From positions 6,014,001-6,078,000 of the forward strand of contig CM035361.1 of the NCBI GenBank assembly GCA_020137815.1: 64,000 nt of DNA, given 5' to 3'. The position numbers and the translations under genes are program-made. Numbering within the stretch: the stretch's first letter is position 1; every line of letters starts with the position of its first letter. Under the pieces are notes generated by a model. The model was not told the DNA's origin and did not search any database. It saw only the letters and a list, made by a program, of their open reading frames with translations. This DNA is from Hormiphora californensis. Lineage: Eukaryota > Animalia > Ctenophora. Shown here in pieces: positions 11,104 through 24,635 of the stretch.

Positions 11104-12447
11104 TTGGCCCTCATTTTTTGGGGGGAAAAGCAAATTTCCCTTCCCTGAATGGTAGCTAGGGACCCCCTAAAACACCAAAAAAAAATTTTACACCCCCCTT
11201 AACCGTTGGGGGGAGGTCTTTTTCCGGGCCCCCCCTTTTTAATAAAAAGTGTAACTACCCTTAGGAAAGGAGTAGAGAAAAAATTAAGGGCCCCCAAAAA
11301 GGTTCAGCGCCCTTCGCAAGTGGGGGTAGGTCCCGGAAATTTAAGTCTTATTTTCATCGGGAAATTTAGATAATTGGTTTAATTTAAAGTTTTGCACATG
11401 CCTTTTGGGGGGCCCAGGCTATAGCCATGTTAGGAACGGGTAGAGACAAAATAAAGGGGGAAATTTAAAATAACCCGCTCCTCGAATTAGTGGGGGTAGG
11501 TCCCTTGAAATTAAGTTCTATCTCATCGGGTTTAATTAGAAAATTTGGATAATAGGTTTGAAACAAAACCGTTTTTTGGGTTATAGGGTTTTAAAACACT
11601 TGGGGAAGGGTTTAGAGATTTTCCTGGTGCCTTTTTGTTCAGAGAAAATTTTAATCTAAGAGTTGGGGAAAAATTTGGGCCCCACCCTTTTCCCGTTTTG
11701 GCGTTATTTGCGGTCAAAAAACGTAAAAATCAGCCGAAAACCCCAAAAAAAATGGGGGAAAAATTGGCCCAAAAAATCCCAAAAAAAATTGAGTAAATTG
11801 GCCTATTTTTGACCGCAAATAACCCCAAAAAACGGGGGTTAAGAGATGGGGCCCAAATTTTTTTAAACAAACTTTTAGTTTTTAAAAATTTTTTTCTGAA
11901 AAAAATGGCCCCAAAGTGAAAAGTCTCAAAAAACCTTTCCCAAAAAGGGCTATGGGCCTATACCAAAAAAGGGTTTTGTCCCAAACCTAATTACCCAATT
12001 TTTAAATTTAAAACCAAAATGAGATAGGGGCCCTTAAATTTCACACTTTACCCCCACTAATTCGGGGAAACGCGATTTTTTTAAAATTCCCCGGGATTTG
12101 GTCTTACCCTTTCCCCCTAACATGGTATAGCCATAGGGCCCCTCAAACGGCATTTTGCTTTATTTAATTTACCCAAATTTTATTAAAAACCGGGATGAGT
12201 TTAGGGGGACTTAATTCCGGCCCCTTCCCCCCACAAATGCGGGGGACGTTTGAACTTTTTGGGGGCCCTTTAATTTTTGTCCTATCCTCTTTCCTAAGGT
12301 TATTTAAACACTTTTATTAAAAAGGGCGGGGCCCCCGGAAAATTGACCCCCCCCCAAGAGTGGGGCTGTTAAATTTTTTTTGGTGTTCGGGGCCCCTAGC
12401 TCCCATTCAGTGAAGGAATTAGCTTCCCCCCCAAAAAAATGAGGTCA
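11104..12447. mobile_element. Large foldback (palindromic) element, low-quality sequence
   Basis: Arms are reverse-complementary (CTGAATGGTAGCTAGGG vs CCCTAGCTCCCATTCAG); motifs resemble the foldback at 28335-30456. Confidence 0.65.
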
Positions 12448-13476
12448 CAGCAAAAACCCAAATTTTAAAGTACTGGATTTGGGGGCTCCCCAGGGCCATG
12501 GGCTTTGGGGGTTTAAAGAGTACGGAGAGTGCCGGGTTTTTTTGGGAAAGTCATCCAAAATTTGGGTTTGGAGGGAGGGACGTTTATTTGGGGGGGATTC
12601 GTTTGCTTTTTCCCCCGGGGAAAGAAGTTTTTGATATTTTTTTTCCCTCCTAGTTTAAAAAAAAATGAGGGAAAAAACCTGTCAAAAAAAAAACAGCCGT
12701 AAAAAAATTGTTTTTAAAAGGGGGCCAAAAAAACCCAAAATTTTTATTTAATTTTTTTGAACACTCCCATCGTACAAGCAGGTATTAGAGTCCCAAAAAA
12801 AACGGACCACCCCCCCCACCCGCCCAATGTGACCCCAAGGGGGAGCCCCTTAATTTGGGGGCCATTTGGGGGCCCTTTTTTTAAAACCGCGCTTGTACCC
12901 CCTTTTGAAATGCAAACCCAATATGACCTCTTTTAAAAATTTAAAATTTTGGGAAAAATTTAGCCTTGTGTTTCAGGTGGGGGACATAAGGTTTTTGTCT
13001 TGAATTCTGGTAATTTTCTCCTATTTTTGATGGCTTAAAATAATTTAAACGAAAAAGATTAAAAATTAATAAAACAAAGGTGTTTTACCCAAAAATTTTA
13101 TATGGGGGAGAGGATCAAAATTTTAGCTTTTTCAAGGAAAAAAAAGGGGTTTAAAAGGGGCCCCCAAAAAAGGGCCCCCCCAACTTGGGGGGCCCCCTGG
13201 GCCAGGGGCCCTGTGTGGGGGTTTTGTATCTATTTTTTGGGGGAAACCCCCAATGGCAGTTTTGTTACGTTGGAGGGGGTTTCAAAATAAAAAAATTTTA
13301 AAATTTTGGGTTTTTTGGCCCCTTTAAAGCAAAAATAGACCAAAAAATTTTCCCGAAACCCAAAAATGCCCGAATTTAAAAGCCAGTTAACCTAAAGCCA
13401 AAAATTAAATGTATAAACAACGTTTTAAATGAGGGGAAAAAATTCGGTTTCCCCTCTTTTTTCTTTGTGGAGGGTT

Positions 13477-13879
13477 TGTTGTATGTTCACATTTGGGTCT
13501 TTCTGTCTGTATTTCCCTTCATCTATTTGTGGTAGGGGTAGTGCTCAGTATTTTCCCCCTAAGAAAACAAATGATCACTGACATAAATCCCCAAAACCAA
13601 AAAACATGAGGGGCCGTGACGTGGGGTGGGTTTATTGGGGGGGAAGTGGCGATTTGCGGGGGTTTTGGGGAAAGGGTATTTTATTGAGTTTGACGATTTT
13701 GGTTTGTCAAAGGAAATGAGCACGGGGAACGATGGATGCCCGTAGAGGGAACTATAAAAGAAAAACAAGCTTTCTCTTTTCATTTTTTCCCGTTTATATA
13801 TTCCTTTTTATATTCTCTTTCCCCCCAAAACCCTTACCGAGAGTCGTTACGTGTTTCACCCTATACGCGGTTATTTTCC
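13477..13879 (+). repeat. 3' LTR of Gypsy 1 (noisy)
   Basis: Aligns by eye to 2261-2646; short purine run GGAGGG just upstream. Confidence 0.8.
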
Positions 13880-14640
13880 GAGGGTTGGAGCCCCCATTTC
13901 TAGTTGTGTCTGAAATTTCATGCAAACCGGAAACTGGCTACCGCCCAAAAAAAGGGACCCTGACCAATAAAAGCGCCCCCTTGGAGGAGCAAGCTGTTTT
14001 GGGTAGCTCAACTAGTAAAAGAGGGACGGCTCCAAAAGCTGCGAAAAACTGTCAAGGGGGGAGGGAGGGGTTTGGAGTACATTTCTAGCTTTGTCTGAAA
14101 CCCTGTACCGGAACTGGAAAACCGCCCAAAGACAAGATCCGCACCAGCCCCGCGCCCTATGGGGAGGGGGCAAATGCTCGGGTTTAGCTAAAAACAGTAG
14201 AGAGGGAATGCCCCGGGCAGCTGATTTTAAAAATTGTCCATGGAGGATGGGGGGTTTGGGTTCCCCAGGGGGTAATGTTCGTGATCATACCACGGGAAAG
14301 CGGAACAAACCAAAAACAGGGACGGGCCCCCGGGCCCAACCCCCTCCCTGGGTGGAGGGGACCTTATTTGTAGAAAAGTACGGGTGGGGGAATGGAGACC
14401 AGGGTCATTTTAATGATGAGGTTCCCGGACCCAATTTCAGGGGGGAAATGGACTGAGGGGGTTTGGGATTTGGTCTTTGAAAAATTTTGATTTCGGGGAC
14501 GGAGGGGGTTTGGGGGATGGAAGAGAACGAGAATGTTCCAATCCGACCCCCGTGTGTGGAGGGAAGAAGTGTGAGGGAAGTGCTAAAGAGATTCAGTAGC
14601 TGCCATTGTCCGTCTCCTGTACACGGGGAGAAAGGTGGTA
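13880..14640 (+). pseudogene. 3' remainder of the TSP1-repeat gene (noisy)
   Basis: Recognisable 180-bp unit motifs (ACTGGCTACCGCCCAAA, GGAGGAGCAAGCTG, TAGCTCAACTAGTA, CCGCCCAAAGACAAGATCC); end approximate. Confidence 0.75.
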
Positions 14641-17600
14641 AAGGGGAAAAAAAAAAAATTCTTTTAGGTTTAAAAAACAATTAACTTTGGTGATTTCCAG
14701 TTCAGCTCAGTGGCGGTGCGCGAACTTAATTTTTTTTTCTCAGTAGCAGTCGAACTGAAATTCAGTTCAGAAAGGTTTTTTTTTTCCAAATTGGAAAAGC
14801 TTTTAAAAAATTGGTTTGGCACGATTGGGAAAAAAATGTTTGATGAGCTAGTAAAAAGAACTTCTATCTCTTTTTCTTTAACTTTGATTATGTTTGCAGA
14901 TAGGGTGCAAGAAGGAGTCCAACCCTTTTAATAAATTTGGCTTTTAGGGGGTGCATATAGAAATGTTTAAAAATTTTAAAACCATAACAAAAATACAATA
15001 CCCTTTGATCGTTTTGGTTTTCCTTTCGTATTTTTTCGCCCCGTATTTTTTGGGGAATGAGGGATTTTTAAATTTTAAACTAGGGGGTTTCTATCTAATG
15101 TTTTTAAACCCTATTTAACCCGATTTCAAACAGTTTTCCCAAAGCTTTTAATTATTATGTATCATGATTTCGTATTTTTTGGGGGAGCTGGGATTCACTT
15201 TTACGATTTTTTTACCCGATAACTCGACCCCCTATTTTTTTTCAACAACTGTTTTGGTCACTTAATAAGATAAACACTAACCGCACACTCCACGGGTTTG
15301 CCGGCACATCCTTTCCCCATTTCCCCCCCAAAAAAGCCCCCTCCCCAAAAATTTCTTCCCCCACAGTCCTTTCCGGGATCTTTACACGTTCGGAAAAATA
15401 TAATGGGTGTCATTCAGGAACCGCCCAAAAACAAGTAAAAAACCCAAATGAACTCGGTATTTCGGTAAGGGGACGGGTTTATCACCCAAATCGGGGACCA
15501 TTTTTTTCCGATTGGGTGGGTTTCCCTGGTGCCATTATTGATAAACCCCGGGGCCCCTTTTTTACCGGGGAAAAGTTTAATGGGGGTTGATCAATTAAAT
15601 TGAATTTCCCTTTATCACCCCCAAACCAGGGGGAAACAGGGCGAGCAAGCTCCCCCAAAGGGCCCAATAAAAAGGGGAAAGATTAAAATTTTTGGGTTTT
15701 TGGAAAGGGAAAACTAATTTTGTTTAAATTTCCCTTTGATCAGAGAATGAGCACAACCCCCTTTTTCCCGGCCCTCCCTACCCTCAGCTCTTGTTTTCAT
15801 TTTTTTAAAAATTTAAAAAAACTTGATAAAAATTACGTCAGGTTTTCGGGTTTCAACATTCCAAGTGGACAACGCCCCCCCCCCCCCCCAACTGGTTTTA
15901 AAACTTACGGTCAGGTGCCCGGGGTAAACCCTTTTCCCAAAGTTGGTACAGTTTCCCCCAGATGGAATCACAAGGGGAAATTTCTGTGGACCCTTTACAA
16001 AACCATTTTTCACCCCACCGTCACCCCAACTTTTTTTCAATCTGTAATACTCCTGCAAAGGGGGTGGAAAGGGGTTTTTCCAAGTCCCCTGAAAACCTGT
16101 AATAATCCTGCAAAATGTGGAGGGTTTGAGTCGCCTGACACTTTGTTTTTTTAGGGAAAAATTCAAGTTGGGTATATCCCCAGACCCGCGAGAACGGGGA
16201 CACTGGAAAAGAGCTTTGGGTGAAAACGGGCGTCCTTCGGGGCACAAAACGTCGTGCCAAAAAACCTTGGGGGTTCAGCCACGACTTTTCCCCCCCACGG
16301 GGCTGGTAGGAAAAATTTGTATCTTTTTTCTTAAAAATTATTTTCCCCACGAATTTTGGTTTGGTTTAAAGGTTGGGTTTTGCCCGCGACGAAAGCAAAC
16401 CCGTGTCCGCCCCGGGGCCCGAAAACCCCGGTTTGCAGCAAATAATTTAATCTTCTTCAGCCTAGAACACCCTAAAGTACGTGACTAATTACAGTTTTTA
16501 GAATCACGTGAGATCAACGGGGAATTTTCGCACGGGGCCGTTTGTCCCCTTGGTTTTTAACCAAGGGGCCAAAACGGCGGTGATTGGGTGGGGTCCCACA
16601 TTGCTCCTCATAAAAAAAACCTTTTTTTGTTGGTTTTTGGGAGAGTTTGGGGTTATCCCTATCCAACCCCGTACAGGGGAAAGATTTTTAGTTTGACAAT
16701 GAAAATTCGTGTGATAAAAAATTTGCGTTATCGATCTGGTCAGGGAACCCCCCGACACAAAGAACCCAAACCCAAACAGAAATCTTATTTAGGTCCGTGA
16801 CTGGTTATCAGCCAATCAGGGGGCCAGTATTCCGATTTGGTCGGTTTCCCGATCTGAGTATTTGGGTCGCCCATAATTTTCTCGATGGTTTTGGGAAATT
16901 TTAAAAAACCAAAAGTATTAAAAAATTTTAGGTTAGAAGGCAAAGCTTCCCTTTCGGAAATTTAAAGGTTTTGGGACACATTTTGGGGCAAACCAAAAAT
17001 CTTTCCCAAAATTTTCTTTAAGAAGACATTTGTTTCAGAAGGTATTTTCAGAAAACCCAAGATTTCAGCTCAGTCTCAGTGCAAAAATTTCCAGGGGGAA
17101 TCTGAGGTTTAGGGGACGCCGTTTTCCCCGATAGGCTTTCTCACAGCAACTGGTCCAGTTGAGAGGGCAGGTTTTAAGTCCACTAGCCCGCTTTACACCG
17201 GGAAAAAACCAGTCCCCCTTTGGGATGAGTCAGTAAATTTGGGTTTCCCAATTTTAGATTTAGTTAATTTTTAATTAATTATTACTATACCTTTAAAAAC
17301 CCTTTTTGGGCGATGGTCATATTTTGACACGGCCCCTTCAGACCGTCTGGAAGGCAAAATGATGTCTAAGGGGGCTAAAAATTTTTTTTACAAGCTAGGT
17401 TTTGGGATTTTTAACCCAAAAAACCCCGTACCCAAAATTTTTGGGCTGGAAAAAAAAAAAAGGGGGGTAAAAAAAATTTTTTATGGCCCTTTTCGGGAAA
17501 GGGTATTTAGGCCTTTTTTTTAAAAACCCCTCTAAAATTTTTTTTTTTGAGGGGGACAAATAATCCTTTGAAGGAAAAAAAATTTCTTGACATAACAAAA

Positions 17601-19616
17601 ACGAATGCAAAAAAACCCCACAAAAACTATTGAAAATTGAATGAGTTTTTAACGTTTTTGTCGTTTTATCATATATGACTTCTAAATGACCTCGAAAAAA
17701 AAAAATTTTAAGGGTTTTTTGACATGTAGTTTTTGGGGGGGCCCACTGGTCAAAATATGAATCTTTCGTCCGTTACACGGCGTCATACACTTCTATTGGA
17801 ATTTTTATTTTGGAGTTTCTATTTGGAAATTTTTTTTTGGAAGAACCCACGTGCCCGATGCGCCGCGCCCCGGGGGATATTTTACGTGCGAGATTAAAAA
17901 AGAGAAAACGCACATTAAAGTTATACGATTGTCTCACTCTCTCTGAAAAAAAACCCCACGTGGGAGATTTCGCCGCGCCGCGGGTCAAATTCACGTGCGG
18001 TTTACAGGGTTTTGACAGAAATTTCGGCAAGGGAAACTTTTTTCCCGAGGGGAAAAGTGTATGGGCGGACTTTAAGGGGGAAATTTTAGTAACAAAGTAA
18101 TTTTTGCAAAATGTTAAAATGAGCTGTTCAAGTGTGTGAGCCGGGGGAGGGGAATGTTGGTGGGTACTGAGTGCCGGGCGCTAGTACAAACCGCAAACCG
18201 ACCCAAAGATGCCGGGGGGTCAAAAAAGATACAGCGATTTTTAAAAGGGGGGGGTTTAAAAAAATTTAAATGCTAAATACAAAAAAAATAAAAAAAAAGA
18301 ACCCCGTTCAAAAAGGGCTTTTAAAAAACAGAGTCTATCTTGCACAGTTGGGTTTTCGGGGCAAACGTCCCCCGAGAAGGTTTTTGTCAAATCCCTTTTT
18401 TCCTCCATCCATTTGTCTCTGCAGAACCCTTGGAAACCTTTGTGTCTTTCCAAAACTCGTGACCAAACGGGGAGTGTTTTAAAATCGTAGTTCGCTGGTG
18501 CAAAATCCGTAAGCGGGTTTTTTGTCATTATATGTCAACTCTTGCTAAGAGCAACTGCTTATGGGGCGGGCCCTTTTTGGAGATAAGGGAAACCCTTTTT
18601 TCTATGGCCATGGGTAGTGCTGGGGAAAAGGGGAAAACCCGCTTTACATGAGAAACCTGGTTTTGGGGGTTTTTAAAATGTTTTTCTGTTCGAAGACAAA
18701 AACCCTGTTACAACAGTCCTTCTTTTAATTTTGGGGCTTTTTTTGTTCTTATTTGGGGGGGAAAAAAAACGGGTCAAAAGTTTATTTACGTAAAAGGGTC
18801 TTAAAAAAATAAAACCCGTTCAAAAAGGGTTTTGGCTCGCCACGGTCTTCGGGGTACGGGCCCGACCAAAGCTGTCATCATAATAAAAACCCTGGCTTTA
18901 AATTTTCACACGTTTAATTTAAATTTTTTTAAAAGTTCACAAATGCCCAAAATGTTTACTTTATTGCAGGTTTCTGTTTGTAGTTTTTGGGTTTATTACC
19001 CCATTCACGTTTGGAAAAGGAGAAAGGGGTGTACAATTTTGCTCTGGGCCCTGGATCGCCAAAAAAAATTTTTTAGGGAACTATTCCTCCTGCCTTTTGA
19101 CTAGAAACCCCTTCCCCATAAAACCAAAATACCCTATCCTCAGGGTTTGGTTTGTAAACAGGCACAAATAACCCAATAAAGGGTTTTCTTTCTTCTTCAA
19201 CTCCTTTTCGAGGGTTTTGTTTTTCCCCTTTTTGTTAAACCCCACGTAATCCCTTTGCTTCTTTGAGGTGTAGCTCGGCCCCCGGTGGTTTTTGTTTCGT
19301 CACCAAAGCTCGGAGCTTTTGCTTTTTTGCAGGTGATTTTCCCCTCCGTTACTGGATGATGGTCCCGCCCTTTGGTGGGTCCGTCGGTTTCCCTCCCCCA
19401 GTGCGATGGAGTTGCTTCCTCCCAAAGGTTCATATGGAGTCTTTTGGAACTTTTTTTTTTTCTGGAAATTTTTTTCTTGGTTTAAAATCCAAAGGCCCCC
19501 AATGCAGAGGAATAGCCCCTTTTTAGGCAGGGTTTTTCCTTTTCCCATTATGTATTGGTTTCCCAAAGGAAAGTTTGCCCCCGTTCCGATGTAGGTTCCA
19601 AATCTTTTACTGGTGC

Positions 19617-22600
19617 TTATGGCTGCCCTGCTGGCTGCACTGCTGGCTGCACAATTGGCGGTACAAATTGCTGTTCAACTGGGTGTTCTACCGGCTGCTT
19701 TACCAAATGCTGTTCCGACGGCTGCTCCGGTTCTGTTTCAGTTAATTGTTGTGAAGTGCTACTGTCATTATTTGCTCGAGATTTAGCTCGTGCTCTGGTT
19801 CTGACCCTAGGGAACGGATAGTTATCGTCATCTGACGACGTGCTGTCAGATTCATCTGGCCTATTACTCGGCCTGTCTGTTCCTGTTGTAGGGGAGCTAC
19901 TGTTTGGCAATTTATCCGGGATTGCTCTAGAATGCTCATTCTGCTTGTATAGCTTCATTTTAGAAATGTTCACAACTTTTTTCACACCTTCTATGTTAAC
20001 GACATAGTTCCAGTTTGAGAGTTTCTCTGTTATTTCGAAAGGACCTCTGAACCTCGGTTGCCATTTATGCTTTGCTGGCTGAATCAACAACAAACAAAAT
20101 TGGCCAACTTCAAAAAATGGACCTTTTATTTGTTTATCATAGCTAGCTTTCATGTATTTTGCTTTTCTTTCAGCTGCTTCGACCACTTGTCTAGTGATGC
20201 TCTGCATGTTCATGTAATTCTCATATGCAGTCTGCTTTTGGGCACTATTTTCATCACTGTTGGATTGAATTAGAGAATTCAACCTACTGTTATCTGCCAC
20301 AAATAATCTCTAGGTGCGACTAGATCTCTGCCATAAACAACAAAGTTTGCTGAAACGCCTGTTTTAGTTGACTTCAGACTGTTCAGGGTAAAGACAATGT
20401 ATCCTATCCATCTGTCAAAGTTTCGCTGTTGAGAACTGTTGAGAGAAGTGCGAATACACGTGTTTATTTTCTTGTTGAATGCTTCACATCTGCCATTTGT
20501 TTGGCAATGCCATGCGACACCGTGCTTATCTTCAATATCGAACATCTGCATGGTTGCTGTGAATAATTTGCTGGTGAATGCTGAACCTAAATCGTGCATG
20601 ATTCTTCTAGGTGTACCAAAGCGTAGTATCCAATTGTTAATAATTACTTTAATTGCTTCTTCTGCTCCAGTAGATTTGACAGGAACGCAACTAATAGTTG
20701 CTGAACATGTCAACCATAGTAAGAAGTGCTGTAAAACCTCTGCTGTTCGGGGTTTTGGAATACTCCAAGTAATCAATAGCCAAACACTGACCGAACTCTG
20801 TATAAACGATCGGTTTCAATGGGGCACGGTTTTTGAAATGTGGGGTGCTTAATTTTTGCACAAAACAACAGCCCCTTTACAATAAAACTTAAAAGGTTTT
20901 TTTTTTTTGTTTGAAATAAAAAGCTTTTGGCAAAATGTTTAGCGAAATTTTGCTGATGGGTGCCCCCTTTTTGTCATGGAAAAAATGTAAATTTCCTCTC
21001 AACAAGTGTTTTGGGTTTTCATGCGACCCTTTTTCATTTTCCTGTTTTTTCTGGATCAATCCAAAATTTGTAAAGGGTACCCTTCCCCACAAAAAAGCTT
21101 GGGTTTTGATTTGGCCCCCTAATGAAAATAAAATCCCCTGGGTGCTTCCTGTGGAAATGAATCCGGAGGGTTGGGCCACTTTCAATCCAGGTTTAAGGAA
21201 AGTGATCAAAGTCCTATTTAGTTGGTATTCATCAAACAAACTCTTTAGGTTGATTTGGGTTTTTGAGATCCTGGGGGGAAATTGGGTTTGAGCACTGGCT
21301 GATTTGGGTAATTGTGCTATCGGTGGGTTTTTCTGTTTGGTCTTCAAATTTTGTCTTTTTTTTCCATTTGAATACAGTGACTGCTGAAATATGCTCACAG
21401 TGAATCTGTTTCTGTTCAGCTCTGTAACTTTAGGAAATAAAGCTGACCCCCGTTTTTGAAAATAGTTTCAATGAAAAAAAGAGCCTTGCATTGGTTATAT
21501 GGGAAAATTTTCGGGCGCCTGCAAAAAAACGGGGGGGAGTTCTTCAAGGGATGGGCCCCAAGGCCCAAAAAAATTAAATTTGGTCCCAATTTTTGCTGGT
21601 GTTCGGGAAAATTTCTTTGGGCCCAAAAAGAAAAAAGTTCTGGGTACCCCCTATTTTTGAGTGAGAGTTTTCACCGTTTTTCCCATCTTTCTAGAGTCCA
21701 AAAGTTTAAATCGTTTAAAATCGTGCGGATCGTCATTTTCTGCGGGATTGCCCAAGGGGGGGTGCGGGGCAAAGTTTTTTTTAGTTTCTCAAATGCTGTT
21801 TGGGCAGGGCTGTCCCATTCAAACTTTTTTCCCCCCGGAGCAAACTTTTAAAACGGACCTTCTATTTGTGAAGTGTTTATGAGTTCCCGTTTTTGTTAAG
21901 AGATCCTAGGAAAAAACTGTTAAATGTTTTATGGGTTTTTTTTGGTTTTTAGCTGCGAAAGCATCTGCCGAGTAGGGGGCAACTTTAATTCCCCTCTTTG
22001 CTGGAAAAGGTTTGGGCCCCGAAAATTTTACCTGTTTTCGAAAACCCCAAATTTTGGGTTTTTTTGGGTTTACTTGAGGTTTTTTCCCAAAATAATCTTT
22101 CCCAAAAGAATTGCAACTTTTCCCAAAATGATCTTCCTCACTGTTAGGGGACTAGGATGTCGTTTAAGGAAAAGATAAAAGTTGGGAAAAGGGAAATTTT
22201 GAAAATAAAATGCTCGCATCTTGGGAAAAAAGTGAAAAGCACTTTTTTGACCCAAACGGTTAGCCCACTGATGCCCAGTATTGTTGTAGGGGGAAAAACT
22301 GGGGAAGGGCTGCTTTTCCCCATTCCCAAACCCGGGGCTGGTTAAACCCTTTTGTGAAATCCATGGACGTTAACCAATTACACTCTGTCATATTGTCCAT
22401 TATGCTGTTAACGTTAGGAAGAGCAAACTGATCTGGAAGGCAATTTGCATTTAGCTGCCGAAGATCTTGTATAAGCCTGTAACTATCATTTGTACCTGGC
22501 TTTTTAACGAGAAAGATAGGACTGTTCCACAAGCTGGGAGTGCTGCATTTTTCAATTTGACCTGAATCGATTAGTGTCTGTACCTCTTTTTCCATGTGTT

Positions 22601-23660
22601 TCTGCAAGTTGTATGGGACTGGTCTTGAAGGGATCCACCTAGCCACGTAGTTATCTTTCAGCTGGATGTTGGCCTTGTAGAACGATGCCTCACCTAAATC
22701 AAATTTATGCCTGGAAAAACAATGGTTATACTGTTTTATAAGCTGTTTTAATCTCAGTTTACTGTGTTCTGAAATTTGTAACTGCTCAATTTGCAACTGT
22801 TCATAAAGCTGTTCTACATTCTGCCATTGGCCTTCTGTAGTTGTCTCTTCTTCCGATTTAGCATCTGGAAGACGAGGGATATCAATCGAACTGTCATACT
22901 TCCCGTGAAGATTTGCTTTAGATCGATCTCTATAAGACTGATCACTGGAAACATGTTTGCTACAATTCTGTTTTTGTGCAATGTGATATCGCATGGAAGC
23001 GGGTTGACACATCTAACTGCTACGAAATTCTTGTCACTGTGAACAAGAGAATTTTCAACACAAATACCAAGAGAACCTGGCATTTTTCTGTTACCGATAA
23101 CCATTCCTTCTAGGGTACCACCATTGCTTGGTCTCACTAACCTGCATTTGATGTGCATTACTGAATTGCTGGTAAGCACGCTGTTTTGCAGACTTTGACT
23201 TTGCAACTGCTAGTTAGTGTACGGGGTGTGTCATAAAAACTTGTTTTTCCATACTTTGTTCGTATTTGCTTTCTTGCATGTCTATCGTTAGACTCAGTTT
23301 CTCAAGTAGTTCTGTTCCTGCTAGTACATCATCAGGCAAAATCATCCATGACAATGAATGTGTGTGTTACTTCTGTTTTGCAACTGTTATAGGGAATGTT
23401 ACTTCTCCCCTTGTTCTCACTTCGTTGTTGCCAAGGCCTTTAATAACCCTTGTTGCTGGTGTAATTCTATCCAATAAATTCAACTGTTCTGTGGTACGTG
23501 TGCTTATCAAGCTAGCACTAGCTCCTGTGTCGATTAAAATGTTAAGTGGGATATCAAAAACTGTTCCACGTACTATCACACTGGGACCAATCATGCTTCT
23601 TTCGGGTTGTATTGTTGCAACTGTTGCTTTTTCTGTTTTCGTTGCACAACCCCTGTCTAG
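19617..23660 (-). pseudogene. pol: Gypsy 2 pol (protease, RT, RNase H, integrase; fragmented)
   Basis: ILIDTGAS; SLWNSPIFLVKK, YRLIQDLRQLN; integrase RFGTPRRIMHDLGSAFTS, NGRCEAFNK; GPF/GPY-like KWQPRFRGPFEI. Confidence 0.9.
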
Positions 23661-24635
23661 TTTAAATTAAATCTGCATTCTGATCGGTAATGGCCCTTTT
23701 TGCTCACATTTCCAACACACAATTTCTTGTTTCCAGTCTTTCTGCTATCTCGCCTGCCTCTGGAATTGCTTCTGTTGCCTCGGTGCCTGTTTCTACTGCT
23801 GTGATATCTGTCTCTGCTGTATGATCTTTGTCTGTTTCTGTACGGCGTGGGTGATCGTCCCCTGTAACTGTTGTTCCGATCTCCTGAAGACTCTCTGCTA
23901 TAATTGCTGCGACTTTTTTTCAAACTTGATGTTTGGTTCGGCACTGTTTTGAGAATTGAGCTGGGCTCTTTCTCAACATGTTCGATACACTTTCTAACCT
24001 TTTTGCTAATCTCACTGCTTCTCTGTAGGTTGCGATTGTTGCCTCATTCAGTTTCTGTCGCATAGTGCTGTCAGAAATACCCCTTAATAATGCTAGGGAG
24101 GCACGCTTTCTTCAGCCTGTTCTGGCGCACTGTACGCCATGCTGCTTGCTTCTTGTAGTCTGTTACAAAAATCGGTAATTGTTTCCCCTGCGTTTTGCTT
24201 CATGTTCAGGAGGCTTGTTCTTGAAAGAGATGGACTCTTCTCCATACATAGCTGTTATGAAGTGTTTGCAAAGCTGATTCGCGTCTCGCTTTTGTGCAAT
24301 TGTGAGTGTCGCTGCTGCTGTTTTTAAGGTGTTGTATGTTGCACTGTCAACATATCTGCAAAAACAAGAGATTCAGGTTCTGTTTTAGTCCTGTCATCTC
24401 CACGTAAGATTTAAATCTGTCACAATAATTGACGAATGTATCCCCTTTGTTCATTTTTGGGGGTTTGTTATGAAAGAGAGATTGCTGAGTCTGCTAGAGG
24501 TTGCTTCAACTTCATCTGCCTCTTCCTTGATTTGAATATCTGCTTCCAAATCTGCAGCTGTCTTTTTAGAGATTCCAACTCCTCTTGCGTACTGCTGAGT
24601 TGCTGTTTCAAAGTTGCTTCTTCTTCTGGGTTCAT
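23657..24635 (-). pseudogene. gag: Gypsy 2 gag (frameshifted)
   Basis: Starts MNPEEEATLKQQL just after the PBS; RS-rich tail, degenerate Cys...GHYRSEC knuckle; ends with the TTTAAAC-TAG slippery site (23660-23666). Confidence 0.8.

Larger units (their letters stand above)
2261..13879 (+). mobile_element. Full-length Ty3/Gypsy LTR retrotransposon 1 with nested insertions
   Basis: 5' LTR 2261-2646 (TGTTGT...TTCA), PBS, gag-PR-RT order, noisy 3' LTR copy 13477-13879; the TSP1 repeat sequence resumes directly after the 3' LTR. Confidence 0.9.

Noticed and set aside
7809-19594. Numerous K/F/G/P-rich short ORFs
   Set aside because: Composition reflects homopolymer-inflated base-calling errors.
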